A stretch of DNA of 64,000 nt from Selaginella moellendorffii (GCF_000143415.4 NW_003314295.1:124001-188000), one strand, 5' to 3'. Shown: positions 12,443 through 24,400, numbered from the stretch's first letter. Program-made: numbers and translations. The notes: generated by a model from the sequence alone, not told the origin.

Positions 12443-12919
12443 GTTCGCGGGGCCTTACGAGATTGAGGCTCGAATCGGTAAAGTGGCTTACCGACTCCGA
12501 CTTCCTCGAGAGATGGGGAAGATGCATCCCGTGTTCCACGTGAACTTACTTAAGCCGTATTTTGAGGATCCGCTTCGCAAGGACCAAGTAAGACCTTTAC
12601 CTGAGGTTATCCAAGGGGAAGAGGAATACAAAGTCGAGGCCATCCTCAATGCGCGCAAGAGCAAGCGACAAGGACGCGAGGTGAGAGAGTTCCATGTGAA
12701 GTGGAAAGGATTTCCACACTGCGAAGCAACATAGGAACCGGATAAGAACCTAGCGAACGCGCGAGATCTAGTGGAGGAATTTCTGCAAGGCAGAACTCTA
12801 TGTACTTATGCAAAGTTCAATTAAAAGTATCCATTTGAGAAGTTGAGCAAGGGCATGTGTTGGGACCCGAAAGCGTGCCGGAGGTAAGCTAATTAGCATG
12901 GGTTAGCTAGGTCGACCAA

Positions 12920-13206
12920 GCGTAGGGAGCTACACCCGACTCCCTGCGGGGGTGTCGAATCCGTAGACATATTCTACGGAGGTTGGGTTTGAGTCCCAAC
13001 CCCCTAGTAAACCAAGGTTGGGTTCAAGTCCCGACCCCATACTAGGGCATGGTGAGGTGAGGAGTATAGGGACACCTATATTCCGTTGTCATGGGCTCTT
13101 GGCTGGGGAGGCTAACTTAGGCACACCGCTAAGTGGGGGGATGCCCCCGGAGACATGGTCAACAAGTCGTAGGATAAAACGAGACGTTCGATGTGGGCAT
13201 CGAACT
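12920..13206 (+). promoter_or_regulatory. Structured 3' UTR of element A (array of stem-loops)
   Basis: Consecutive inverted repeats, with compensatory changes in homologous segments of element C (24980-25197, 25279-25392). Confidence 0.7.
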
Positions 13207-16200
13207 TCTTCTATGGGTGGTGGAGTTGTAAGGAACCAACTCGCCGAGGTGTCATAGGCTAAAGGAACCCCGAAAGCATGACCAAAATGACAAAGAGTTC
13301 ATCGGATGGGACCAAGTCGAAGATCGAGTCCAAGACCGACTCTAGGATCGAGTTCGAGATAGAGTCCGGAATCGAGTCCGAGACCGACTCGAGGACCGAG
13401 TTCGAGTCCGAGTTCGAGACCGAGTTCGAGACGGAGTCCGAGATCCAAAATCGGGTCCGAGACCGAGTCCGAGGTCGGGTCCGAGATCGAGTCCGAGATC
13501 GAGTGCGAGACCGAATCGAAGTCAGATCCGAAATTGGGTCCGAGATCAAGCCAGAGACTAAGTCCAAATACTAATACGGGTCAAGGGGTGAAAGCCCAAA
13601 GCGTGCATCTCCCGGGGGGGGGGGGCTGCAGGGGGTTCCAAAAGTATAGTAGGGATAGTGAGGTCTAGGAACTAGTTTTGAAGGGACTCTCCAGTGGGGC
13701 TTCCAAACCGACTTGAGGTTGAGACTGGGACCGAGGGGCCTTGGGTGGGAGTGAGCATGGACTTGGTTGGTGCCGGAGGGGCCATCCAAGGAAGTGCTCA
13801 AGAGCAGCTCCCACTCCCGAAAGGGAAACCGATTGTGGTGCTCCCAGCTCATATGGAGTGGTGCCCCACTTGAGTACCATGCAGCTCATTGGTCCTCGCC
13901 CTTCCTAGGGGCTTGGGCCTTCCTTCGGGATGGAAGTGGGGGGGTAGAGGTACCCATACCGAGCCGCTAGGCCACGGTGTTTCGCCCCGGCATCCCAAAG
14001 CAAGTGTTGCACTCAAGACTTGGGATTTAAAGGGTCCCATGATCAAGTCTTGTGGTACCAAGGGATGTTAGGAACCTGGAAGCTTGGTGTGCTTGGCTGC
14101 TTGTGCTTGCGGGGAGTGTAGCCGAACCTTAAGTCCAGTCTAACCCGGGGAGGGGGATTGGGAGTGATTTGGGAATCCGTGGATGGATGGCTAACACTCC
14201 GTTGCTCGTGCAGTGAGTAGCTGAAACCAAGTAGGAGCTGGTACCATAGGCGAGAACCTTGGCAAGGGAACTTAGCAAAAGCCAAGGCAGTGTTGGACGG
14301 ATAGACGAGGTAAGCTGGCAAATTGGAAAGGAAAAATTTGTGGCTTCAGCTAGCAAATTGGAAAGGAAAAATTTATAACTTACTATAGCGCACGTGGTTT
14401 TGACCCTTTATCCTATGGTGATTTACCATAGGATAACACTACGAAGCGGAACCTAAACCCTCTTTGTGCCACGTGACAGATGCCACATGTCACATGCCAC
14501 GTGTCCATGCCACGTGTCCATAGGAACCCGAGGTTCAGGGCCTTGGGCCACTGAACGAAGGAACGGTGCCAAACTCCCAAGCGTGGAGCCAAGGAGTGAT
14601 GGAACCGACCCACGGAGCAACTCCTGAGCATACAGCCTAAGGAGCGAAGGGACAGGACCCCGGAGCCACTTGGAACAGTCCTAGAGTAACCAGCATCCCA
14701 ATGCCAGGATCAGCACGCAAAACGGAGCCAAACGGAGTCTGGCGCTATTTCAGCATACCGGTGGCCTAACGCGAGGACATGGGTACTCCACCAACTAGCA
14801 TGGAATGGAACTTGCAGTTAGACCCAAGCCGGACGCAGAACAAGGACAGGCACACAAGCGGGAGCTAGACTATGCCTCAGGTTGGTCGGCCATGCCCGAC
14901 CTACCCACTATCCTTACTATACATTTGGAACCCCCCATAACCCCCCCCCCCCCCCCCCTTGAGGAACACACGCTTTGGGCTTTCACCCCAAGCCTCCCTT
15001 AGTATCAGGAGTTAGTTTCTGGGACAAGCTCGAAACTTACTAAATATGGAATGGCGCTAGAATGCGAATTTGGACACGGGATGAACACCATTGTGTTCAG
15101 GCCGATCTCTACATTCTGTAGATATGCCAAATGAGCAAATCTGGACACTTTCCATAAATAGCATTTGGGACCGAAATGAGACTAACACAAAGGGCATGAT
15201 AGCAAGGGTGTTTGGTAGACACGGTAAGCTATCATGGAGCGATATTGAGGGACCAATCTCAATACGCGAGGGTTCTTGTCAAGCCAGTGCAAGACAGAGC
15301 AAAAGAGAACTAACAAGCCGAGCCGAGTATGCTCAGCTAAATAGACACTTAGGAATTCCTTCCTTATGCTCATCCGACCAAGTACAGATGCTAAGCCCAG
15401 TTTACTAACACTTGAACAAGAGGGACTAATAAAGGGTCCAGCAATACCGACCTCCTGCCATCTTGGCAGTAAGGTAAGAGTGTCCGTAAGGACTGGCCGA
15501 CAGGTAACTTTCGATACTCGAAGTCACATTCGCGACATTCTCCCCCCCTAGGGAAAATCGACGTCCTCGTCGATGCATACTCGAGTCTAGAATACCGCCA
15601 AGGAAACAACTCCAGAAAAAGTTCACGGTACTCACACTATGTGAGAAATGCACCAACTTAAATGAGTTAGGAGGCAACCTCTTTGTCTAACGCAGATGCG
15701 CTACCAACTCAGACACCTTCCGGCCGTCACCGACAAGGAAATGACCAACGAAGTCAGCCACCCTTGCTGCTCTGGGAGTCACCCAGCTACAAAAGTGTGA
15801 TACGCCCCTGCCCGCAGGGACATAGAGAGAGAAGCCAGAGGCTGCAACCCTCCTAAGCAAAGAAACCAAACCCGTCGGTAAGGTTTAGATAGACTACTGT
15901 AAACAGGCAGTTAGAGTTGTTTACACGGTCACGCCCTTTAAACAGAATAAAGAACATCGACAAAGAGGCAGGTTATGTGACCAGTCGACAGTAGCTACCC
16001 CATGACTAGAGATTTCAACATGCACACGAAGTGCCGAAGCCAGTCTGCCCATTACTAGCCCAAACTCAAAGATTAATAGATGGACAATATCAAAGTCAGA
16101 GACAATGATATCTCAGAGCAAACCACAAAAAACATGTGGTATTGCAAAAGCCAAAAGCCATCAAAGAAAACAACTAACTATCATGAAAGATCATCAATCA

Positions 16201-19200
16201 TCCCATCAACAAAGAGATGTATAATCATCGTCAAAGAAGGAATCCACCATCCTGAAGAACAGTGAATCATTCTATATCAACAACAATCAAGCAAACCTTT
16301 TGACAAGGATAATCAATTATCTTAAATGGTAGTCAATCATCACTAATGATTGCTAAATGCAAAAAAACCAACTTCAACATTGAAGCTAATGAGCCAAAAT
16401 GCCTTCCCCAACAACTTTTAACAAATGGACCACAAGTATGAAAGCTCAAGGAACCAAAAGCTCAAAGAAGTTTATAGCCAAGTCTTGCCTAACATGATCA
16501 CAAGTCTTGCATGAACTAATTTCGATGCTAAAGAAGAAATCATGGGATAACCCACAATATCTTTCTCAACATATCCATAAGCTAAACTTCATAATGCAAA
16601 GCTAATGAAAAGCATGTTCGTAGCAATCCAAAAGCTAAGCATAATGAAGCTATGCTCGACAAGTGATCACCAAATTGATCCTCCATGAATCCATCTATAG
16701 CAAGACGTAACTCATTACATAACAAGCACAAGAAAAATCATCAATGATTGATATATCTCAACGCAAATCCAACAATGGACCAACATCTTCAATATCAATC
16801 ACTAACTCTTCCACTTGTAGAGTTAGCATAGTCCACGACTAAGTCACTTTTCAAGGAAAAGCCAAAGCTCAACCCCTACTAAATAATCTCGTCTAGAACG
16901 CAACTAACTCAAACTTGCCACTCAGCTCGTTTTGAATGCTAACATAGTTGTTAACTAGCAATTGCACATATGCCAATAACACTAAGCCATAGCCAAATCA
17001 TCAACACTATCTTCGTCAAGACTAATGAAACTCAATGTCAAACCTAAGGAGAAACATTTCATCTCACTTGAATCTCAACATCAATAATATCAATGATAAG
17101 GCATCACTTCAATGCCATTAACACCATAACAAAGCTAGAAGAAGGCAAGAGTGAATCACCATTCAAAACTCTCTTGCAACCAAGCTAACCAAAGTCGAAG
17201 ATACTTTACTTAGTATCCAAGACCAATTCTTCAGCAAAACTCAATTATAGATAACACTTCCTCAAGGAGTGAATCACCACATCCAAGACTCCATGAAATC
17301 CAACACTATGAACTAAATGCAACCAAATGATATAAACAGAGGTAGAGTCAACATACCAACATGGAAAACCATGTAAGTTTAACGACACGATCCTTCGCAA
17401 CACCATCTGGTAAAGTGAGCCCACCACTGCTAAATGTTCATCGAGTGAAGCAAGTGTCAAAAGTCCTTGATGAAGTCTACAAGTAATCACTAATTGCAAA
17501 ACAACAAACAATCATTCTTCAACTTGCCTTCACAAGACCCAAACACTAAACTCTTGCCATTGAGTCATATACTTGTCTAGCATGAACATAATACCCCAAG
17601 CACGAGATAAATGTTCATAGACAAGCACAAACTAAATGACCACCCAAATCCAACTCAACCGCAATAAGCTCATCAATGCATTTAGTCACTAGCTCTGAGC
17701 ATGCCTTGAAGAGGCTAGCTATACATGACCAACACTTAGTCAAAACTAAAGTGAAGACCATGAGATAGACTCATATCGGTACACAACCTCCACTTGGACA
17801 AAGCTATAGTATGGGTACCAACATCTCAACTTCAAACAACTAAGTTGGACATCATCATCCTTAGCCAAGGCGCAGGACCACCAAGACCAAGTCAAGATCA
17901 GTGAGAGCTCACTACTCTCATAGAGTCTTAACAAAATGCAAGGTGCAACCTGCCACCAAGCATAATGCTACAAAAGAAAGGCTCAAGGGTCACCCTTTTT
18001 AGAAAAGTGCAACGGCCACTTTTCTACACCAACTCCAGACTCTATCCAACTCAATTGCCTTAGCCCCAAAAGTCAGCATCTCTTTCGGGTCACATCATAC
18101 AACTACCTACTAAGGTTTAAGCTAACCGAAGTCAACTCCAACCCCTTCACTAGTTTGTACTGGCTTACGAAACGGAAAGGTTTTCGGGCAAAGTGACCAA
18201 GAGATCAGCCATTGGAAAGCCTAAGAAAATTTGTGGAAAATTTTCCATCCTAGAGAAAGAATGACTCTCAGTCTAGGAATACAAACTTTCAAGACTCAAC
18301 CAACTTCCTCCTACTAACAACTTCACATAAGTTCACCTCAACACAAATTCTCAAGACCCATTAGCATGCTTAAGCCTCGAACATCTCTTTTTGCCCATAC
18401 TTCTGACATCCAACATTGACATCCGCAAAATGCAAAGTGAACATCCAAGGCTTGATCACGAAGACCACATCTCCAGATATCCACATTGCACTAACACTCT
18501 TCTTCAACCACCTTCAAGATCCAATGTGAAGCTTAATACACGAACAAGAAAAATGACATGGAAAATCAAGGTTTAAGGAAAATTCCTCATCACTCGAAAT
18601 AACAATGCCACTTCCACTAACACAAGTGCTAGCGATGTCAATGCTTCAACTACACACTTTCTCCATCCGGCAATCTACTCCAAGTGCTAACGGATCAACC
18701 AACGAGCCATAGCAAGTGAATGTTATAACCCTTTTCCAACACCTCAATGGGCAAACTCTCAAGGACACAAAGTACCAATTTAAGCTTAGCATAATGGATC
18801 ACCATCAAGAATCCAGTCAAAGCTACTACAATGCTACTTCGTGCAAGTAGATTAGCTTCTCCATCAACCACTTTGGGGTTGATCATCGTTTAACCAAGCA
18901 ACTTCGTAAACACATTGCTCACTATCACATGGATATGATATAGAAATCACAATGACTTGATCATCAATCGAGAAATACCAAGAGCAATACCAATGTCATT
19001 ACTTCAAAGGTTTATGTGAGCATCAAGTGCCAACTCAATTCGACAAAATGCAACATAAATGCCACACTCCACCGATAGAGTTTTATAACACCCAACACCA
19101 CTAACTTTTTGTTCACAACATGGACAAGCTCATGCCACTCTCTATCCGACCAAACTCAAAACTAATCCAACACCAAGCTACTCAAAGAGTAATAGCAAGA

Positions 19201-19699
19201 TTCCCCGGAAAAGAATTGAGCATTGCAACCTAAGTCTTCCAATAGCAAGCCTAGACAAAATGGTATAGCACTTCATTGCTATCCATCCCACAACTCACCA
19301 TTTGTAAGACCATCATCTCCAACATGCATCAAGGTAGGGACTCTTGATTGCATAATGTGAACACAAACAATGAGTCACACTTCGTTGCAAATCATCTATC
19401 TGAAAAGAGAACATGATTTACGTGTTTGATCCTTCGTCCCCGACAACTCTCTTTTCGGTTTTATCTTTGACTACACCTCAAGCTTGCTTTCGCACTGCCT
19501 TTAGTCCAATCCAAGAAAAGTTTACAAGAGAGCACAGTAATGATTACTTGAACCAATAGACTCATCCCTACAGTCTTGTTTGATCCACTTGTAATCATGC
19601 CTAGGAAGGATCCACTAGTGCCGTGCTAAATAGCTACGGACTAGCCTATTTGCCACTCATAGTAAACCCAGGAAAAGTTTACATAAACCCATGGTACAA

Positions 19700-19762
19700 G
19701 GAACAACTCATAGAACCACTGGAACAACTCATGGAACCACTGGAACAACTCATGGAACCACC
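19700..19762. repeat. 3 x 21-bp tandem repeat in element B leader
   Basis: GGAACAACTCATRGAACCACT repeated three times. Confidence 0.85.
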
Positions 19763-21132
19763 AATAGGCTAACATTAATCCTGCCAACCCAAAGTGTAAC
19801 CTCAAGTTGCTAATGTGCCTCACTCACGAGCCCAAGCTCAAACTCGTGTGAACGGAACACCTCAATCCATCTTATGAGCCCCACATTATCATGGTACAAA
19901 AAGGTAACCAATCCATACCCAAGGAACGATTGCGAAGCCTTTGCACCCAAATGTGTACCCACTCGGATCATCGTTTTCATCTCTGCGTATGCAACGAAAC
20001 TAATTGCCCAATCTCATTGAATAGTACTCACTGAGACGTATCTTCTGATACCAAATGTAGCGCACGTGGTTTTGACCCTTTATCCTATGGTGATTTACCA
20101 TAGGATAACACTACGAAGCGGAACCTAAACCCTCTTTGTGCCACGTGACAGATGCCACATGTCACATGCCACGTGTCCATGCCACATGTCCATAGGAACC
20201 CGAGGTTCAGGGCCTTGGGCCACTGAACGAAGGAACGGTGCCAAACTCCCAAGCGTGGAGCCAAGGAGTGATGGAACCGACCCACGGAGCAACTCCTGAG
20301 CATACAGCCCAAGGAGCGAAGGGACAGGACCCCGGAGCCACTTGGAACAGTCCTAGAGTAACCAGCATCCCAATGCCAGGATCAGCACGCAAAACGGAGC
20401 CAAACGGAGTCTGGCGCTATTTCAGCATACCGGTGGCCTAACGCGAGGACATGGGTACTCCACCAACTAGCATGGAATGGAACTTGGGCTTAGACCCAAG
20501 CCGGACGTAGAACAAGGACAGGCACGCAAGCGGGAGCTAGACTATGCCTCAGGTTGGTCGGCCATGCCCGACCTACCAACTATCCCTACTATACATTTGG
20601 AACCCCCCATAGCCCCCCCCCCCCCCCCCTTGAGGAACACACGCTTTGGGCTTTCACCCCAAGCCTCCCTTAGTATCAGGAGTTAGTTTCTGGGACAAGC
20701 TCGAAACTTACTAAATATGGAATGGCGCTAGAATGCGAATTTGGACACGGGACGAACACCATTGTGTTCAGGCCGATCTCTACATTCTGTAGATATGCCA
20801 AATGAGCAAATCTGGACACTTTCCATAAATAGCATTTGGGACCGAAATGAGACTAACACAAAGGGCATGATAGCGAGGGTGTTTGGCAGACACGGTAAGC
20901 TATCTGTGAGACACAAAATCCCTAGGCCCCAAAGTGGAGCCGGAAGGGCGCCACATGGTAGTGGCCGAAGCGAGAGCCAAACGAGCGTAACACATTTGGA
21001 CCAAAAGCTCCGACTTGAAAAGTCAAGAGCGGGAGTGGAACTCCCAACGAAGTGCTCGAGGAACGAGCACGAAGCGAGCAAAAGGCGAGGCTCCAAAAAG
21101 GGACCCAAAAGGACCAACACATGACACGTGGG

Positions 21133-21495
21133 AGTGTCCGAGATGGACTCGAGTTGGAGTCCGAAGTGGAGTCCGAGATGGACCCGAGTTGGAGTCCGAA
21201 GTGGAGTCCGAGATGGACCCGAGATGGAGTCCGAAGTGGAGTCCGAGGTGGACCCGAGAGGGACCCGAGTTGGAGTCCGAAGTGGAGTCCGAGATGGACC
21301 CGAGATGGAGTCTGAGATGGAGTCCGAGATGGAGTCCGAAGTCGAGACCGAGACCAGGACCGAGACCGAGACCGAGACCGAGATCGGGACCGAGACCGAG
21401 ACCGAGGCCGAGGCCGAGACCGAGCCCGAGCCCGAGTCCGAGTCCGAATCCGAGTTCGAGTCCGAGTCCGAGTCCGAGTCCGAGTCCGAGTCCGG
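21133..21495. repeat. GAGTCC/GAGACC/GAGATG 6- and 12-mer array in C 5' LTR
   Basis: Direct reading; source of spurious low-complexity ORFs. Confidence 0.9.
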
Positions 21496-24400
21496 AGCCT
21501 GAGAGGGTGAAAGCCCAAAGCGTTCGTCTCCCAGACCCTGGGGGGTTTGGTGAGCTCCAAAAGTATAGTAGGGGGGAGGACTGCAGTGGAGCCAGTTTGG
21601 CCAGGAAAGGCCAGTTTGGCCCAGGAAGGCCGGACCCAGTGTTGGGTGATGAGCTGCCCACTGGGGAGTCCAAGACTAGAGTGAACACGAACCGACAAGC
21701 GGGGTAGCTTGGTGAAGTGTTCAAGAGCCAGCTCTAGTTCCCCCGGGAGATTGACTGGCCGATGCTCCCAGTCCAAGTGTGGGTGGCACTACCTACTTGG
21801 ATACCAGGCGTGGCTCAACGGAACCTCGCTCTAAGCCCATGGCTAGAGCACCCAAGGGCAGAAGGTGAGGAGAGTACCCAGGTGGCTCGCGTAAGGCCAC
21901 GGTGTTCCGAAATGTTATCCCAAAGGCCCAGACTGTGGAAAGGAAGAGGAGCAGTCCTCTGGGGTAGTGACCAAGGACACAGTCGTGTGGTGAGGAAGTC
22001 CCAGAGGACCGTGGGACTTAGTGGTCGAGCCTGTGGGTCTCGATCCAGTGGCAGTGTTGGCAAACACGGCCAGGGGCAGAAAGGGACTTAGTGGGAACTG
22101 ACAGAGGGATATTGAGGAAGGCTATTCCCCTTGTCGGTGGGCATCCTAAGGATGCTAAGGAGTGGATCTGAGATGACCACTCACGGATGGTTTGCCTAGT
22201 CTTGGAGAGCCAAGACGGTGATGCAAGTGGTATTGGACTACCAGTGTGGCAAAGGTGATTGGGCATGGCCTTAGTGTAACGGGCTGTTATGTCGGTGGTA
22301 CCTTTGAGTGTCGGTCATGGGATCGGACACGTGGAGCACTTGGACCAAGTGCAAATGTTAAGTGGCATGGATGCCATTCTCGGGGCTAGCAAGTCCCAAG
22401 TCCTGGATTGGACTTATGGAGGTTGTGAATGAGACTCCTCCAAGTGGTCAGAGGTGTGGTTAAGTGACTAAAGTAGAATGGAAAATTTAGTCGCTTACAA
22501 TTTTGTATCGGAGCTGTTCCTTAGTCCGACTTTTATTGGTGCTCAAGTATATCACCACTAGTGTTGGCATCGGAAGGTCCGAGGAGTGGGCCTATCCTTG
22601 AGGAGTAGCAAGTCGGGAAGACATGGCTCTCCATTACAGTTCATGTGTGAACTTGTAGACGAGGTGGTGGATAGAAAAGGGCCAATAATGGAACGACTTT
22701 GGGATCTTGGGAATAGTGCAAGGTTTTCCTCATTGAGTTGAGGATGTGATCCGGATGAGCATTTGTCTCAGCAAATTGGCTAAGGTTGTTGTGGTAAAAA
22801 ACTAAAGTTGGGATCACGGGAAAGATAGAGACTCCAAAACAATAAAGGAGTCACAAGATTATCCTCATATAGTTGAGGTTGGTGCTCATGAATGTGAGAC
22901 CAGAGGTAATGACCGTGGGAGGTCAAATGCGGAAGAGGACTCAAGTCCTTGAAATGGTAGCCGGGGCTACCTTTAATAAATGCTGGAACAACCCAAGGAG
23001 TTGGGGGGTGTACTTAGAGATGAGTGGTATTCTCATCGCATGGACAAGTAGTCCTAAGGGGCAAAAGTTGCCCCCAGAGAACAAAATCAAGTGTCGGAGT
23101 AACACTTGTGAAAATAGTCCTTTTGAGTAGGACAGGAATGCAAGAAGTGTATTCCAGTGAGCTAGTGCCTCACAAGTAGGACCTTACGGGTCTGTGGATT
23201 AACCAAGTCCAAAACTGCTGGATGACTCAAATAGAGTCAATGGATGGTCCTAAAAGGACTGATGGAAGCATTTGGACTATGGTGTGTTGTACCCCACAAA
23301 GGATGGGGGGGGGATCATAGGATCCAAGGATGAGAACAGAGGGTATCTCATCGATGGCAAAATGTGTCATGCTAAAGTTATGGGAAAAGTGTTCCCAGAA
23401 GAAAACAACTTTGACATAAAGTTATGTGTGACCTCTATGGTGCAATGCTAACGGATGGTTGGCATGAGAAAGAGCGGTGTTGGTCTTGGCAAAGACTTAG
23501 ACACGAAGGGGAAATGTCATAGAGGTAGGCTCGTGGAGCCGATGGTGTGGAGACACCAAATGTGCCAAGGTGTGATACCTTGAGGCTATGTTAGTGGGTT
23601 CATGAGAACCCCTTGCCAAAAGAATCCCAACGGAAATGGGAATGGCATAGCCTAAGCTGCAGAGCATGCAGTTGGAGTGCGGTGACCCAGATAATGATGG
23701 AGGTGTGAAAGCACCAAACAATGAGTTGTAGGACTTGACAACTATGAGGCAACTAAGCAAGAGGTGCAAAATAACTGGTTAAACGGGTAGAAGTTAGCTA
23801 CCCAAGACTTCTAGCATAGGGAAGTCGGATATACCCTTGCGGGGGATAAGTTGCTTATGTTGCGATATAGTAAGTCAATGTCATAAAAGGAAATACTCAT
23901 TGTCAAGAAAGCCATCATTGGGACACCCGAACACTCTAGAACACCAGAAGGTGGTGTGTGATGTCGCGAGGGCAATGGATAAAGCCCAAGGGACTAAGTC
24001 CCTAGCGAATGATGGATAGAAGGTGCTATCCAAATGTCCAAGGTTGCGGAGACAGGAGAGGACTGTCTACCCAAGTTGGACAAAGCCAAAAATGAAATTT
24101 TGGCAAGGCTAGTGATGGGCATGTAAAGGCCCATAAGCAACAATGTAATCCCAGTGTGTGGGATTATAAGGTGAGCATACCCGGATTGAGGAACCACTCC
24201 CTGGGCTATTGGGTAGGTTCATCCCTAAGAATACTTGCTAAGGCATGATAGAAAGTGCAAAGCTATCCTCCTGATCTGGAGGAGAATGACCGAAGGAAAG
24301 GTGTGAAGCCAAAGGCAAGTAGTATTGGGATGGAACTGAACCATAGAAATCGAAGGGCATAACCAAGGTTGGTTATGCCAGCTGGGAGTGGAGAATCAAG

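Larger units (their letters stand above)
8053..12824 (+). pseudogene. gag-pol of element A, inactivated by premature stops and a frameshift near 9920; IN interrupted by two introns
   Basis: CCHC knuckle CYNCGEAGHFSREC; protease LIDTGAS; RT YIDD; RNase H ETDASD/EKELFA; IN HHCC and core MDFITGLP, SDRD, HPQT|DGQTERVN; GPY; chromodomain. In-frame stops at ~8596, 9337, 9506, 10680, 12732. Confidence 0.93.
6837..14348 (+). mobile_element. Element A: Ty3/Gypsy chromovirus (Galadriel-like by 3' signals, tentative); LTRs 6837-7993 and 13227-14348
   Basis: TG...CA LTR pair; PBS TGGTATCGGAGCC 7997-8009 (tRNA-Met type); PPT GGGTGGTGGAG before 13227; domain order gag-PR-RT-RH-IN-chromodomain. Confidence 0.95.

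Noticed and set aside
12920-13206. Hammerhead ribozyme / retrozyme or tRNA gene
   Set aside because: No CUGAnGA...GAAA core in the right arrangement; B-box-like loops lack an A-box and cloverleaf.
16190-18210. Copia assignment for B from faint minus-strand peptides (GHFAR, IIDDFS, LFVDGM)
   Set aside because: Matches too short to distinguish from chance; B's pre-PPT hairpin and LTR core resemble A and C instead. Needs an HMM search.
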